Assembly: GCA_943355055.1 (NCBI GenBank)
Contig: CALREA010000003.1
Location: 11,343-75,342 of the forward strand
DNA length: 64,000 nt
Source of the DNA: Candidatus Peribacteria bacterium
GTDB taxonomy: Bacteria > Patescibacteriota > Gracilibacteria > UBA1369 > UBA12463
Direction: 5' to 3'
The notes under the pieces were generated by a model that searched no databases, had not been told where the DNA came from, and worked only from the letters and a program-made list of their open reading frames with translations. Both the position numbers and the translations under genes were made by a program. This document shows positions 11,138 to 21,812 of the stretch, one piece after another. Position 1 is the first letter of the stretch. Each line of letters begins with the position of its first letter.

Positions 11138-11584
11138 ATGATAGTTCCCATTCTTCTCGGTTCAGCATCTGACAAGGATTTTGCTCAAAAGATTGTCGAT
11201 GAACTAAATGTTTTTGAAATTCCTTCTGAGGTAATTGTTGCCTCCGCACACAAGGTTCCCGAAATGGTAATTGAAATTATTGAGCGATTCAATAGGGAAT
11301 CAGAAGTTGTATATGTCACTCTCGCCGGTATGAGTAATGGATTGTCGGGTGTTACCGCAGGGTCATCGTACCATCCGGTGATTGCCTGCCCTCCTCATAA
11401 AGACTTGGCTGAATATCAAGTTGATATTCATTCATCGCTCCGAATGCCGAAAGATACTCCTGTTTTGACGGTACTTTCTCCGGGAAATGTTGCCCTTTGC
11501 ATTGCGCGTATGTTTGCTATGAATCACCCAGAACTTCGCGAAAAAATAGTAGCTCGAGTGAAGAGCGTGAAAGCTTCTTTTTAA
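11138..11584 (+). CDS. purE: AIR carboxylase, class II-like PurE
   Basis: LGSASD, ASAHK, AGMSNGLSG, PVIACPP, SSLRMP. Confidence 0.92.
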   Translation: MIVPILLGSASDKDFAQKIVDELNVFEIPSEVIVASAHKVPEMVIEIIERFNRESEVVYVTLAGMSNGLSGVTAGSSYHPVIACPPHKDLAEYQVDIHSSLRMPKDTPVLTVLSPGNVALCIARMFAMNHPELREKIVARVKSVKASF

Positions 11585-11606
11585 TTTTATTTTAATCTTA
11601 TTGACT

Positions 11607-12962
11607 ATGTCTCAACTTACCGCACTTTCGCCTCTCGACGGTCGCTATGGTGACAAAGTTTCCGAGCTGAGTGATTATTTTTCTGAATTGGCACTGCAGG
11701 AATATCGAGTAAAAGTGGAGGTGGAGTGGTTGATTTTTATTTGTAATCAGCTGAAATTGGCTGGTTCAAAGAAATTAAGCGCGACGCAGATGAAGACATT
11801 GCGAGGTTTTTATGGAAATTTTACCGAGAAAGATGGGCAACTCATTAAGGATATAGAGAGAACGACAAATCATGATGTGAAAGCGGTGGAGTATTTTTTA
11901 CGTAAAAAACTAGAAAGCGGGAACCTAAACGGCTATGTGACGTTTGTGCATTTCGCCTGTACGAGCGAGGATATCAATAATCTCTCGTACGCGATGATGA
12001 TCCGCGACGCGGTGAAGGGTCCGATGACAACGATTTATCAAGAACTCGTTGGAACATTAGAAGCATTTGCCCATGAGTACAAGACGGTGCCGATGCTTGG
12101 ACATACGCACGGACAGCCCGCTACGCCGACGACGGTTGGCAAAGAGGTTTTGAATGTAATTGCCCGACTCGAGCGCCAGGCGGATATTCTCGACGATTCG
12201 ATCGTGTTTTTGGGAAAGATCAATGGAGCTGTTGGAAACTATAATGCGCATGTGGTGGCGTATCCTGAAATTGATTGGATCAAGGCCGCTCAGAAGTTCA
12301 TTTCCGGACTCGGTCTGACCCCAAATATGTACACGACCCAGATTGAACCGCATGATTGGAATGCCGAGCTTTTTGATTTGGTTCGACGCGTGAATGTCAT
12401 TTTGACCGACTTTTCTCGTGATATGTGGATGTATATTGGAATGGGATATTTCAAACAACGGCTTAAAAAAGGAGAGGTAGGTTCGTCAACGATGCCACAC
12501 AAGGTAAACCCAATTGATTTCGAGAATGCCGAGGGAAATTTTGGCTTGGCTAATGCGCTTTTTGGACACTTCTCCGAGAAGTTACCTATCTCCCGCATGC
12601 AAAGAGACCTCACTGATTCGACGGTGATGCGAAATGTGGGCGTGGCTTTTGGATATATGCTTCTTGGATTTATGAGTTTAGTGAAAGGTATGGGAAAAGT
12701 TGAGGTAAATAAAGAATTGTTGGCTGCCGACCTGGATTCTCATTGGGAGATTCTTGGTGAGCCGGTTCAGACGGTATTGAGAAAATATGGCGTGAAGAAT
12801 GCCTATGAGTTATTGAAAGATATGACTCGAGGGAAAGATTTTTCACAAAAGGATTATGTGAAATTTGTTGGAAGCTTGCCAATTTCCCCGAAAGAAAAGT
12901 TGAAATTGGAAAAGTTAACTCCGGCGACGTATGCAGGACTAGCGGTAAAATTGGTTGGATAG
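11607..12962 (+). CDS. purB: adenylosuccinate lyase
   Basis: ALSPLDGRY, TNHDVKAVEY, GSSTMPHKVNPIDFENAEGN. Confidence 0.98.
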   Translation: MSQLTALSPLDGRYGDKVSELSDYFSELALQEYRVKVEVEWLIFICNQLKLAGSKKLSATQMKTLRGFYGNFTEKDGQLIKDIERTTNHDVKAVEYFLRKKLESGNLNGYVTFVHFACTSEDINNLSYAMMIRDAVKGPMTTIYQELVGTLEAFAHEYKTVPMLGHTHGQPATPTTVGKEVLNVIARLERQADILDDSIVFLGKINGAVGNYNAHVVAYPEIDWIKAAQKFISGLGLTPNMYTTQIEPHDWNAELFDLVRRVNVILTDFSRDMWMYIGMGYFKQRLKKGEVGSSTMPHKVNPIDFENAEGNFGLANALFGHFSEKLPISRMQRDLTDSTVMRNVGVAFGYMLLGFMSLVKGMGKVEVNKELLAADLDSHWEILGEPVQTVLRKYGVKNAYELLKDMTRGKDFSQKDYVKFVGSLPISPKEKLKLEKLTPATYAGLAVKLVG

Positions 12963-13012
12963 ATTGCTTGTGTGCGCTAGGCTTAACCCTTGTATTCATT
13001 ACATTATACACT

Positions 13013-13735
13013 ATGGCAGATTTTGGTACTCGGTCATATTTGGAGTCTTTTGAAGAGGAATTTCACGGGAAGCCTCTTGGTTCTGATTCTCAGCTTTGGG
13101 AGATGAACATAATGACGTGTCCTTCTTTGTTCCGGGGTGATGTTGGTACCTTTAATAAGGCACGGCAAGATCATCCTGATTGGATACCATTGATGTATCG
13201 ATGGAATTTTCGTGGTGATGAGAAAAATCCGCTTGATCTGCGAGGTGCTGATTTGCGCAATGTTGACTTGCGGGGTGCGAAATTTTCCCATGTAAATTTG
13301 GCGGGTGTCTCGTTTGTCGGGTCTTTGATGCGAACTGTGGAATTTGAATTTTGTGATTTGCAAGGTACGGACTTTTCCGGAATGGATTTTGAATACGGAG
13401 AATTTCATTGGTGTAATATGGCCGGGGCTCAACTTCCGGGAATTTCGGCTCCTACTGCGAGTTTTTACGATTCAAATCTTACTGGTGCAAACTTGCGCGA
13501 TGCGGATTTGCACTTGATTATGCGATTTTGGAATCTTAATCTCACCCGTGCCGATCTGCGTGGTGCAAATTTAAGGTCAGATAGTTTTCGGAATAACGAG
13601 ATCGAAGGTGTTCAGGTCGATGCAGGGCAAGCGCTTGCTATTTTTCAAAGACAATTTCATGAACTTGAAAGACAACTTAAAGTCATTTCCCGTCAGCTCC
13701 AGGGGGTTTTGAAACAAGATGTTGCATCTGTTTGA
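13013..13735 (+). CDS. pentapeptide-repeat protein
   Basis: Runs of A(D/N)LxG repeats (LRGADLRNVDLRGA, LTGANLRDADL), C-terminal coiled-coil-like tail. Confidence 0.85.
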   Translation: MADFGTRSYLESFEEEFHGKPLGSDSQLWEMNIMTCPSLFRGDVGTFNKARQDHPDWIPLMYRWNFRGDEKNPLDLRGADLRNVDLRGAKFSHVNLAGVSFVGSLMRTVEFEFCDLQGTDFSGMDFEYGEFHWCNMAGAQLPGISAPTASFYDSNLTGANLRDADLHLIMRFWNLNLTRADLRGANLRSDSFRNNEIEGVQVDAGQALAIFQRQFHELERQLKVISRQLQGVLKQDVASV

Positions 13736-13956
13736 TATAGAGTAACTTTGGTTGACTTATTCCATTTTTATATTTTATACGAGTAATTTCCCCGGGGAAA
13801 TTTTTAGCTTTAAAAAGGCTATTTTTTTAGCTTTTGTATTATTTTACCATATTATTTCCAAAGTGAATTTTTGAGTAGAGGTATATTCTATGTTTTTTTC
13901 TTGCCGTATGGACGATTCTCCTGCAAGAATGCATCTGACATTAATTTCCAAATTCT

Positions 13957-14559
13957 ATGATTCTCTCCGACCGCGATATTTATGCACGTATTCAGAAGGG
14001 TGATATTCAGGTAACGTGTCCTGAAAATGATTTTCTCAAAAATGTGCATGCCTCATCCATGGATATGCGACTTGGCAGATTTTTCAAGATTTATAATCAC
14101 AATACATTTGCGATTCTCGATCCTATGAAACCGGAGTGTTTCGATGATGCGACGCGATTGGTTGAGTTGCCGGAGGATGGCAGGACACCGTTTATTGTCC
14201 AGCCGGGGGAGTTTGTCCTTGGGGTTACGTTGGAGAAGATTAAGATTGCCGATGATCTTGTCGCTCGTGTAGAGGGACGAAGTTCATTGGGAAGGTTGGG
14301 AATTATTATTCACTCGACGGCTGGATTTGTCGATGCGGGTTTCGAAGGAACGATTACGTTAGAAATTACGAATATTAATCGTATGCCCGTTGCGCTCTAT
14401 CCAGGTATGCGTGTTTGTCAGCTCGCTTTTGAACTCATGAGTTCACCTGCCGACGTCCCATATCACAAAAAAGCTCACTCTAAATATCAGGGTCAGGTTC
14501 TTCCCGAAGAAAGCCGTATCCATTCAGATCCGGAGTTCGTGAGGTTGCGTGCCGCCTAA
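13957..14559 (+). CDS. dcd: dCTP deaminase
   Basis: MILSDRDI, EGRSSLGRLG, TAGFVDAGFEGTITLE, KYQGQ. Confidence 0.96.
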   Translation: MILSDRDIYARIQKGDIQVTCPENDFLKNVHASSMDMRLGRFFKIYNHNTFAILDPMKPECFDDATRLVELPEDGRTPFIVQPGEFVLGVTLEKIKIADDLVARVEGRSSLGRLGIIIHSTAGFVDAGFEGTITLEITNINRMPVALYPGMRVCQLAFELMSSPADVPYHKKAHSKYQGQVLPEESRIHSDPEFVRLRAA

Positions 14560-14569
14560 TACCCTTGCT

Positions 14570-15121
14570 TCAGAACGAATCGTTTTCAATAATACGTGGC
14601 CGAAATCCGCTCGGCTGGTTTGTTGTTCTGGTATGTATTGTTTTCATTGCCTCCTCTAAGCCTTTTTTGGTATTTTCAGGAATATCTTTCAACCATTCCT
14701 GCAGTTCGAGTAGCTCTCGTCTTCTCTGGGCACGTCCTTCAGGAGTTTTTATGATGTCCTCGTGGAGTATTCCGTGCGTGGGGTGTGTTTCTTGTTCCGG
14801 TAAAATTGATTCACCAATGAATGCTATTGGGCGAAGAGTGTGTGTTCCTATATTCCTTGATCCGTCAGCACGTCGAATGAAATCGGTGTTCATTGTACCT
14901 TCTTCGCGAAGCGCACGTTGCACTGCTTCTGCATTTTCTCGTCGAGTTTTTTCGAATTCCGTCTCGGGTTTATTGTTTTTTTGATCTTTGCCGCCCTGTA
15001 TGATTTCTAATTTTTGAGTTTTTCGGGCAAGGGGCAATCGTATTATTACGGCTCCTTTTGAAGATCCATCACATTCTTCTTCGTGCGTAAAATCATTGGT
15101 GTTCGCAGCTTGTAGACTCAT
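14570..15121 (-). CDS. hypothetical protein (183 aa, charged)
   Basis: ATG ORF with its own near-consensus promoter. Confidence 0.6.
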   Translation of the reverse strand: MSLQAANTNDFTHEEECDGSSKGAVIIRLPLARKTQKLEIIQGGKDQKNNKPETEFEKTRRENAEAVQRALREEGTMNTDFIRRADGSRNIGTHTLRPIAFIGESILPEQETHPTHGILHEDIIKTPEGRAQRRRELLELQEWLKDIPENTKKGLEEAMKTIHTRTTNQPSGFRPRIIENDSF

Positions 15122-15150
15122 ATACGTAGTGTATTATATTTTGCTTGCGT

Positions 15151-15178
15151 ATTTTACCTAAGTTTTATTATCTGTCAA
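15151..15178 (-). promoter_or_regulatory. sigma70-type promoter for 14570-15121
   Basis: TTGACA-N16-TAAAAT on the minus strand. Confidence 0.55.
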
Positions 15179-15260
15179 TAGCCACTTTTATTAGTATGTT
15201 TCTTGTTGAGAAACAGCTTCAAAGGCAGTATACTCGACGGGCTATTTTAGAAATTTGTCT

Positions 15261-18200
15261 ATGTTTGAATCTGTTAACCCGAAGCAGTCCTTCCCTGATT
15301 TAGAGCACGAGATGCTCGGTTTCTGGAAGAAAAATAATACGTTCGAGAAGTCCGTTTTAGCCCGAAAGGGGAGGAAGAAGTATGTGTTTTTTGATGGTCC
15401 TCCTTTTGCCAATGGTCTACCGCACTATGGTCATATTTTGGCGAGTTCGCTGAAGGATGCCGTGACGAGATATTGGACGATGAAGGGATATTACGTGCCG
15501 CGTGAGAATGGCTGGGACTGTCATGGTCTCCCGGTGGAGTATGAAATCGAGAAAGAGTTGAAGCTTACCGGCCGTAAACAGATTGTTGAGATGGGCGTGG
15601 AGAAGTTTAATAATGCCTGTAGAGAGAGCGTGTTTCGATATACCAAAGAGTGGGAGAAGTTGATTGTACGGCTGGGTCGCTGGGTTGATTTTGAAAATGG
15701 ATACGCGACACTGGATAATTCCTATATGGAATCGATCTGGTGGGTTTTCAAGAAAATCTGGGATCGAAAGATGGTCTACAAGAGCTATAAGCCTATGCAT
15801 ATCTGTCCTCGATGCGAGACGCCATTGTCGAACTTTGAGGTGACACAGGGGTACAAGGATGTTACGGATTTGTCCGTGACGGCTACGTTTCCCGTCAAGG
15901 AGGGTGTTTACGAAGGATGCGAAGTTTTGGCTTGGACTACCACTCCATGGACGCTTCCTGGAAATATGTTTCTTGCAGTGAATCCGGATATTGAGTACGT
16001 CGTCGTGCGAAGTGCTATGGGCGGTGAGGATAAAAAATATATTCTTGCGAAGTCTCGTTTGGGTCATGTATTCAAAGAATCTCCCTATGAAATTGAAGAA
16101 GAAGTTGATTTGGAAAAGCTTCTGGGATGTCATTACGAACCATTATTTTCTTATTTCAAAAATTCTAAGGAGGATATATATCGTTTAGTTGCTGCCGATT
16201 TTGTGACAACCGAAGATGGTGCCGGTGTCGTGCACATCGCGCCTGCGTATGGTGAAGATGATATGAATGTTGGTGTTCGGGAGAAGGTGACATTGATCCA
16301 GCATGTGAAGATGGATGGCATGTTTATTCCTGAAGTTACGGATTTTTCGGGGAAATTTGCGAAGGGTCAGGATGTGAATGTGAAGGATTTTTTGGCTAAA
16401 GCAGGCCGCGTATTCTCATTTGAAAATATTCGACATAGCTATCCGCACTGCTGGAGATGCGATACGCCACTTTTGAATTTTGTGACGGATTCATGGTTCA
16501 TCCGCGTGACGGATATCAAGGAGCATATGACTCGAAACAATAAAAAAATTCACTGGCAGCCGGAACATATTCAGGAGGGAAGATTTGGTAAATGGCTGGA
16601 AGGCGCACGTGATTGGGCCATTTCTCGAAATCGATTCTGGGGCTGTCCGATACCAATTTGGGAGTGTGCTTGCGGAGAGACTGTTTGCATTGCCTCGATT
16701 GATGATTTGAAAAAAGTTTCCGGTGGTGTGGCACCGATGCGCGGTGATCAATTAGATTTGCATAAACCGTATATCGATGAGATTCATTTCCCATGTTCGA
16801 AATGTGGCAAGCAGATGAGCCGAATTCCGGATGTATTGGACTGCTGGTTCGAGAGTGGAGCGATGCCGTATGCGCAGTTGCATTATCCTTTTGAAAAGAA
16901 AAAAGAATTTGAAGATAATTTCCCAGCTGATTTTATCGCAGAGGGATTGGATCAAACACGTGGATGGTTTTACACACTGCATGTTATTTCTACGATTTTG
17001 TGGAACAAGCCGGCGTTTAAGAATGTTATTGTGAACGGAATTTTGTTGGCCGCGGATGGTGAGAAGTTATCCAAACGCAAGAAAAATTATCCCGATCCGA
17101 ACATGTTGTTTGATACTCGAGGGGTAGACTCAATGCGTATGTTTTTGTACACCTCTCCGGCTACCTTGGGTGATGATGTTCGGTTCTCTGAGCGGCATGT
17201 GGACGAGATCGTGAAGTCATTTACGCTGACGGTTTGGAATGTGTATTCGTTTTTCATGACGTATGCGTCTATTGATAAGTGGGTACCGGAGTTTACCGGA
17301 AAAAAGATGGAAAAGTTTCGCCCGGAACATACATTGGATCAATGGATTTTGTCTGAACTAAATACGCTCATTGCGTCGACTACGGACGCGATGGATAATT
17401 ATAATTTCATGGAAGCGACACGTCCGATGATTACGTTTGCGGATGATCTTTCGAATTGGTATGTACGCCGAAGTCGTAGACGTTTCTGGAAATCGGAGTC
17501 GGATGCTGACAAGCAGAGTGCGTATCAGACGTTGTATATTGTTCTCTATAGACTGTCGCAGCTGATGGCTCCGTATATGCCGTTCCTGTCGGAGTATATG
17601 TATCAGGGGCTTACGAAAGGAATTGCTGGCGAAAGCGAGTCGGTACATTTAACGGATTGGCCGGAAGCGGTGAAGAAACTTACCAAACCGCTCCTGAATA
17701 CGGAAATGCATATCGTTCGACAAATCGTGAATCTGGGACATAGTGCTCGTGCGAATGCCGGAATCAAGGTTCGTCAGCCACTCGCATGCGTAAGTATTGC
17801 TACGCCCGACGAGGTGAGTGTGGATGTGATTGAGAAGTATCGAGATATTATTCTTGAAGAATTGAACGTGAAGCAGATCGAATATATTCGAGAGCTCGGA
17901 GATCGAGTGAAGATTAAATATACTCCAAAATCGAAACTTCTTGGTCCTAAGTTTGGCAAGGATGTTCAGAATATTATCCGCATGGTAAAAGAGGGGAAGA
18001 TTCAGCCTATTTCTGGCGGTAGGTATCAGGTTGGGGATTTTGTGTTGAATGCGGAGGACGTTGAGGTTGGATATGAGGCTGCGGACGTCCTCCAAGAGAC
18101 AGGTCTGGTGACCCGCGCAGGTGTTGCGAGCGAGAATGGGTATACCTTATTGCTTGATACCCATATTACTGAGACGTTGGTTCGGGAGGGAATTGCTCGC

Positions 18201-18449
18201 GAGGTGGTGCGATTTGTTCAAGATATGCGCAAGGAGGCTGCTTATGATGTGAGCGATAGAATTCTATTGGTTGTTGAATCCGAACATGCTGAGATTCAGG
18301 CCGCCGTCATGGCTTTTGCTGATTATATCCGAAAGGAAACGCTTGCCGAAGAGTTACAGCAAGGCGGGTCTTTCGACGCCGATCTGAAGAAAGTTCTCGA
18401 ATTGGACACATATGTGATTACGGTTGCGGTAGTGAAGGTTTCAAAATAA
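15261..18449 (+). CDS. ileS: isoleucyl-tRNA synthetase, type 2 (IleRS2)
   Basis: DGPPFANGLPHYGH, GWDCHGLP, WTTTPWTLP, KLSKR, IleRS2-type C-terminus (EGIAREVVR.VQ.MRK). Confidence 0.97.
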   Translation: MFESVNPKQSFPDLEHEMLGFWKKNNTFEKSVLARKGRKKYVFFDGPPFANGLPHYGHILASSLKDAVTRYWTMKGYYVPRENGWDCHGLPVEYEIEKELKLTGRKQIVEMGVEKFNNACRESVFRYTKEWEKLIVRLGRWVDFENGYATLDNSYMESIWWVFKKIWDRKMVYKSYKPMHICPRCETPLSNFEVTQGYKDVTDLSVTATFPVKEGVYEGCEVLAWTTTPWTLPGNMFLAVNPDIEYVVVRSAMGGEDKKYILAKSRLGHVFKESPYEIEEEVDLEKLLGCHYEPLFSYFKNSKEDIYRLVAADFVTTEDGAGVVHIAPAYGEDDMNVGVREKVTLIQHVKMDGMFIPEVTDFSGKFAKGQDVNVKDFLAKAGRVFSFENIRHSYPHCWRCDTPLLNFVTDSWFIRVTDIKEHMTRNNKKIHWQPEHIQEGRFGKWLEGARDWAISRNRFWGCPIPIWECACGETVCIASIDDLKKVSGGVAPMRGDQLDLHKPYIDEIHFPCSKCGKQMSRIPDVLDCWFESGAMPYAQLHYPFEKKKEFEDNFPADFIAEGLDQTRGWFYTLHVISTILWNKPAFKNVIVNGILLAADGEKLSKRKKNYPDPNMLFDTRGVDSMRMFLYTSPATLGDDVRFSERHVDEIVKSFTLTVWNVYSFFMTYASIDKWVPEFTGKKMEKFRPEHTLDQWILSELNTLIASTTDAMDNYNFMEATRPMITFADDLSNWYVRRSRRRFWKSESDADKQSAYQTLYIVLYRLSQLMAPYMPFLSEYMYQGLTKGIAGESESVHLTDWPEAVKKLTKPLLNTEMHIVRQIVNLGHSARANAGIKVRQPLACVSIATPDEVSVDVIEKYRDIILEELNVKQIEYIRELGDRVKIKYTPKSKLLGPKFGKDVQNIIRMVKEGKIQPISGGRYQVGDFVLNAEDVEVGYEAADVLQETGLVTRAGVASENGYTLLLDTHITETLVREGIAREVVRFVQDMRKEAAYDVSDRILLVVESEHAEIQAAVMAFADYIRKETLAEELQQGGSFDADLKKVLELDTYVITVAVVKVSK

Positions 18450-18505
18450 TCGGTTTAAAGTAATTCGTCATTTTTCCCCCCCCTTTTACTCACTTATCCT
18501 TCTCT

Positions 18506-18877
18506 ATGTTCCGATCTCTCCTCATTCGCTTCGTATTGAATGCCGGTACTCTCTACTTGCTGACATATCTGCTTCCTTCGGATATTACCTATACCGGCGG
18601 AGTAAAGTTTTTCGCGGTGGCCGGCCTCTTCATGACCGTCATCAATCTTGTTATCAAGCCAATCCTGAAGATTCTTGCCTTGCCCTTTATGATTTTGACG
18701 GCCGGCCTGTTCATGATTTTTATTAACGCTTTTTTGCTTTGGTTCCTAAAATACGCCCTTGACATCGTCAGGTTCCAGGATGTTTCACTTGTTATTCACT
18801 CCAAAGGAGGATATCTTATGGCGGGTTTTCTTTTTGGACTGTTGAATTGGACTTTGAATGCGGTTTTCCGAAAATAG
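18506..18877 (+). CDS. 4-TM membrane protein, YvlD/phage_holin_4_2-like
   Basis: N.VIKPILKILALPF.ILT.GLF..INA pattern. Confidence 0.8.
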   Translation: MFRSLLIRFVLNAGTLYLLTYLLPSDITYTGGVKFFAVAGLFMTVINLVIKPILKILALPFMILTAGLFMIFINAFLLWFLKYALDIVRFQDVSLVIHSKGGYLMAGFLFGLLNWTLNAVFRK

Positions 18878-18925
18878 AAGTCCCTAGTTCTCATGTTTTC
18901 TACTCATCTCTCTAATTTTCTCATT

Positions 18926-19144
18926 ATGCATACATTTCTCAGTATATTCCAGATTGCCGTTTCCATCCTTCTCATTCTTCTCATCCTGACTCAGGAGCGA
19001 GGAACAGGTCTCAGTATGACGTTCGGAGGAATTGGTCACGTGTATCATAGCAAGCGTGGCGCGGAAAAGGTTATTGCCATTGCGACCGTTGTGCTGGCCA
19101 TCCTCTATGTTGGCTGCTCGATTGCTTTTCTTTTTGTAAAATAA
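18926..19144 (+). CDS. secG: preprotein translocase subunit SecG
   Basis: Two TMs, LILTQERGTGLS..FGG...RGAEK. Confidence 0.88.
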   Translation: MHTFLSIFQIAVSILLILLILTQERGTGLSMTFGGIGHVYHSKRGAEKVIAIATVVLAILYVGCSIAFLFVK

Positions 19145-19181
19145 TTAGTTTCGACGTTCTTACCTTTTTACCTCACGAGCC

Positions 19182-20831
19182 TTGATCAGGGATTTTTTTC
19201 GCACTATTCGTTCTTATTCGTTTGCGGAAAGGGCTATGAGTGTCTTTTTCTTTCTGCTTTTAATTTTTAGCGTATGGGGCGGACTTTTTCTCTCCAGCGG
19301 AGTTGAATCCAGGGATACATATGTCGAAGGTATGGTTGGAAAAATCATGGTTTTGAATCCACTTTATAGTGATTATAGTGATCTTGATCGAGATATTTCC
19401 AGTTTGATTTTTTCCGGATTGATGAAATATGATAGCGAAAAAGGAAAAATGATAGAGGACCTTGCCAAAGTTTCTATCGGCTCAGATGAAATGACCTATA
19501 CGTTCACTATTCGTGACAATGCTTTCTTCCATAATGGCGATCCTGTTACTGCCGACGATGTATACTATACCTACCATGATGTTATTCAGTCTCCTGAGTT
19601 TTCCAATGCTGTCCTGACGGCAAATTTTCAAGGAGTAGGTATTACTAAAAAGAATGCCAGGACTATTGAATTCCGCCTTTCTCAGCCCAACTCCTTCTTT
19701 CTTACCAATCTGAGTGTCGGTATCCTTCCTGTTAAAATCTATGGTGGTATCGTTGTAGCTGATTTGCTCATGAGTGACGTGAACAAGAATCCTGTCGGAA
19801 GTGGACCTTATGAGGTTAGTTCGCCGTATAGTCTCAATAGCCGTGGTGATGGAAAAATTACGCTGAAACGTTTCCAGAAGTATTACGGTGGACTTCCGAA
19901 GATCGCTACCATTGTTTATAAAACTTTTTCGTCGTTAGAGAAAATGCTTGATGCGAAGGATGATTTGAACGCCATGCCGAAATTAGGAGGTGAACAATTG
20001 GCAAAATTGCAAGGAAGTGCGTTCAAGCCTGTTCAGTATCTGTTGCCTCAATACAAGGCTGCATTTTTTAATATGGACAGTCTTATTGTTGGCGTCAAGG
20101 CTATACGTCTGGCGATGTTGAAATCGGTAGACAAGGATGAGTTGATGGCTATGGTGACCGGTAAAACTCCGGTAGATACGCCATTTATGGAGTTGAACCA
20201 GGGGGACTGGGTCTATAAGAGTGATGTCGATGAAGCGAAGGGTGCGCTCTACGATGCAGGGTATCGATATGCTGATGGTGAAAAAGCTGGTTTCAGAAAA
20301 ACAAAAAAAGGTAATCCCATGAAAATCAGATTGGCGTATTTTGAAAAAGGGGATAAATCAAAGGGTGATAGCGAGGATGCGACCATTGCTGAGTTTTTGA
20401 AAAATTCATGGGAAGCCGTTGGGATCCAAGTTGAGCTTTATCCCGTCTTGGCTGATATGCGTACTGAATTTTTGCAGCAACGTGATTACGATGTTTTGCT
20501 TGCCGGTGAGAGTTTGGGATATGATCTTGATACCTATTTCTTTTGGCACTCTTCTCAAGCGACGGCGGATGGCTCAAATCTCTCAAATTATAAGAATTTC
20601 AGCGTAGACTCCCTCATTGAAAATATCAGGCGTTATCTCGATGATGAACGAAAATCCACCCGCTTGAAGCAGCTTGCAAAGCTGGTTAAGGACGATATTC
20701 CTGCTCTATTCCTCTTCCGCCCCCTGTATATTTATGCGACTGATGGCAAGTTTCAGGGTATACATCTTTCCCAGGCCGCCTTTTCCTCGGATAGATTTTA
20801 TAATATACAGGGGTGGACTGCTGCCGAATAA
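19182..20831 (+). CDS. ABC-type peptide-binding protein (family 5, OppA/DppA-like)
   Basis: N-terminal TM, FHNGDPVTADDVYYT, PVGSGPY, SNLSNY.N. Confidence 0.88.
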   Translation: MIRDFFRTIRSYSFAERAMSVFFFLLLIFSVWGGLFLSSGVESRDTYVEGMVGKIMVLNPLYSDYSDLDRDISSLIFSGLMKYDSEKGKMIEDLAKVSIGSDEMTYTFTIRDNAFFHNGDPVTADDVYYTYHDVIQSPEFSNAVLTANFQGVGITKKNARTIEFRLSQPNSFFLTNLSVGILPVKIYGGIVVADLLMSDVNKNPVGSGPYEVSSPYSLNSRGDGKITLKRFQKYYGGLPKIATIVYKTFSSLEKMLDAKDDLNAMPKLGGEQLAKLQGSAFKPVQYLLPQYKAAFFNMDSLIVGVKAIRLAMLKSVDKDELMAMVTGKTPVDTPFMELNQGDWVYKSDVDEAKGALYDAGYRYADGEKAGFRKTKKGNPMKIRLAYFEKGDKSKGDSEDATIAEFLKNSWEAVGIQVELYPVLADMRTEFLQQRDYDVLLAGESLGYDLDTYFFWHSSQATADGSNLSNYKNFSVDSLIENIRRYLDDERKSTRLKQLAKLVKDDIPALFLFRPLYIYATDGKFQGIHLSQAAFSSDRFYNIQGWTAAE

Positions 20832-20929
20832 TCCCTAATTTTCGCTTTACAAGCTCAGCCTTATTGGATAGAATCCCGTTCGCCTATTGCTCCGTATGGG
20901 GCTTCTCAAATAAAGTAACCTTAATTTTT

Positions 20930-21382
20930 ATGAAAGTAGTACTACTCAAGGCAGTTTCAAAGCTAGGTCGACGAGGTGAAGTCAAAACGGTCGCTGATGG
21001 TTATTTCCGAAATTTCCTTTATCCTCGTACATTAGCGGTCACAGCGACACCCGGTCGTTTGGCTCAGGCTGAAGATCGCAAGACTCGCGCTTCCGCCAAC
21101 ATGGAGCAGATCCGTAAAAATGCTGCCGAGATTGCGAAGAAGCTGGCCGATGCCGTGGTTACGGTTTCCGGCAAGGCTACTCCAAAGGGTAAGTTGTATG
21201 CCTCAATCACCATGGCAGACGTACTCAAGGCTGTAGAAGAACAGCTGAAACTCAAGCTCAGTGATGGATCATTGCTTTCGCATGAGAACATCAAAACTAT
21301 TGGAAGAACCATGGTTGCCGTGCAGCTCTCTGATGAAATCAAATCGCATATTGCTGTCGAAGTAACCGCTTCTAAAAAGTAA
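20930..21382 (+). CDS. rplI: 50S ribosomal protein L9
   Basis: MKVVLLK.V.KLG..GEVKTVADGYFRNFL.P; KLYASIT. Confidence 0.95.
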   Translation: MKVVLLKAVSKLGRRGEVKTVADGYFRNFLYPRTLAVTATPGRLAQAEDRKTRASANMEQIRKNAAEIAKKLADAVVTVSGKATPKGKLYASITMADVLKAVEEQLKLKLSDGSLLSHENIKTIGRTMVAVQLSDEIKSHIAVEVTASKK

Positions 21383-21802
21383 ATGGTTCACTCCGGAAAG
21401 ATTCTCGCCCTTGATTATGGCTTGCGCCGAATTGGTTTGGCAATTACCGACATGAATCGAACGATGGTTTTTCCGCGTCCTAGATTGGATAATAAGGGAG
21501 AGGCTTTCGTTTTTGAGCAGCTAGGGAAAATGATTACAAACGAAGATGTTACTTCTGTTATTTTAGGGTATCCCTATGATGATTCCCACATTGAGACCGT
21601 CCAGACAGAAGTTATGAAAGTGTTCGGTGAGCGATTATCGAAAGCGCTTTCCATTCCTGTTTTCTTTGAGGACGAGAAGTATACAACCGCTGAGGCTGAG
21701 GCGCTCTTGGACTCATATGGATATGATTTTAAGGAAAAAAAACTTCAACGCGACAGTATTGCCGCGATGCTTATTTTGCAGTCCTACCTAGACAGGGTAT
21801 AA
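21383..21802 (+). CDS. ruvX: YqgF/RuvX RNase H-fold nuclease
   Basis: ILALDYGLRRIGLAITD, DEKYTT, DSIAAMLILQSYLD. Confidence 0.93.
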   Translation: MVHSGKILALDYGLRRIGLAITDMNRTMVFPRPRLDNKGEAFVFEQLGKMITNEDVTSVILGYPYDDSHIETVQTEVMKVFGERLSKALSIPVFFEDEKYTTAEAEALLDSYGYDFKEKKLQRDSIAAMLILQSYLDRV

Positions 21803-21812
21803 TGCGCTCCGT

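Noticed and set aside
18506..18877. Holin-family gene as a prophage marker
   Set aside because: Sits between ileS and secG with no phage genes; the family is common in chromosomal contexts.
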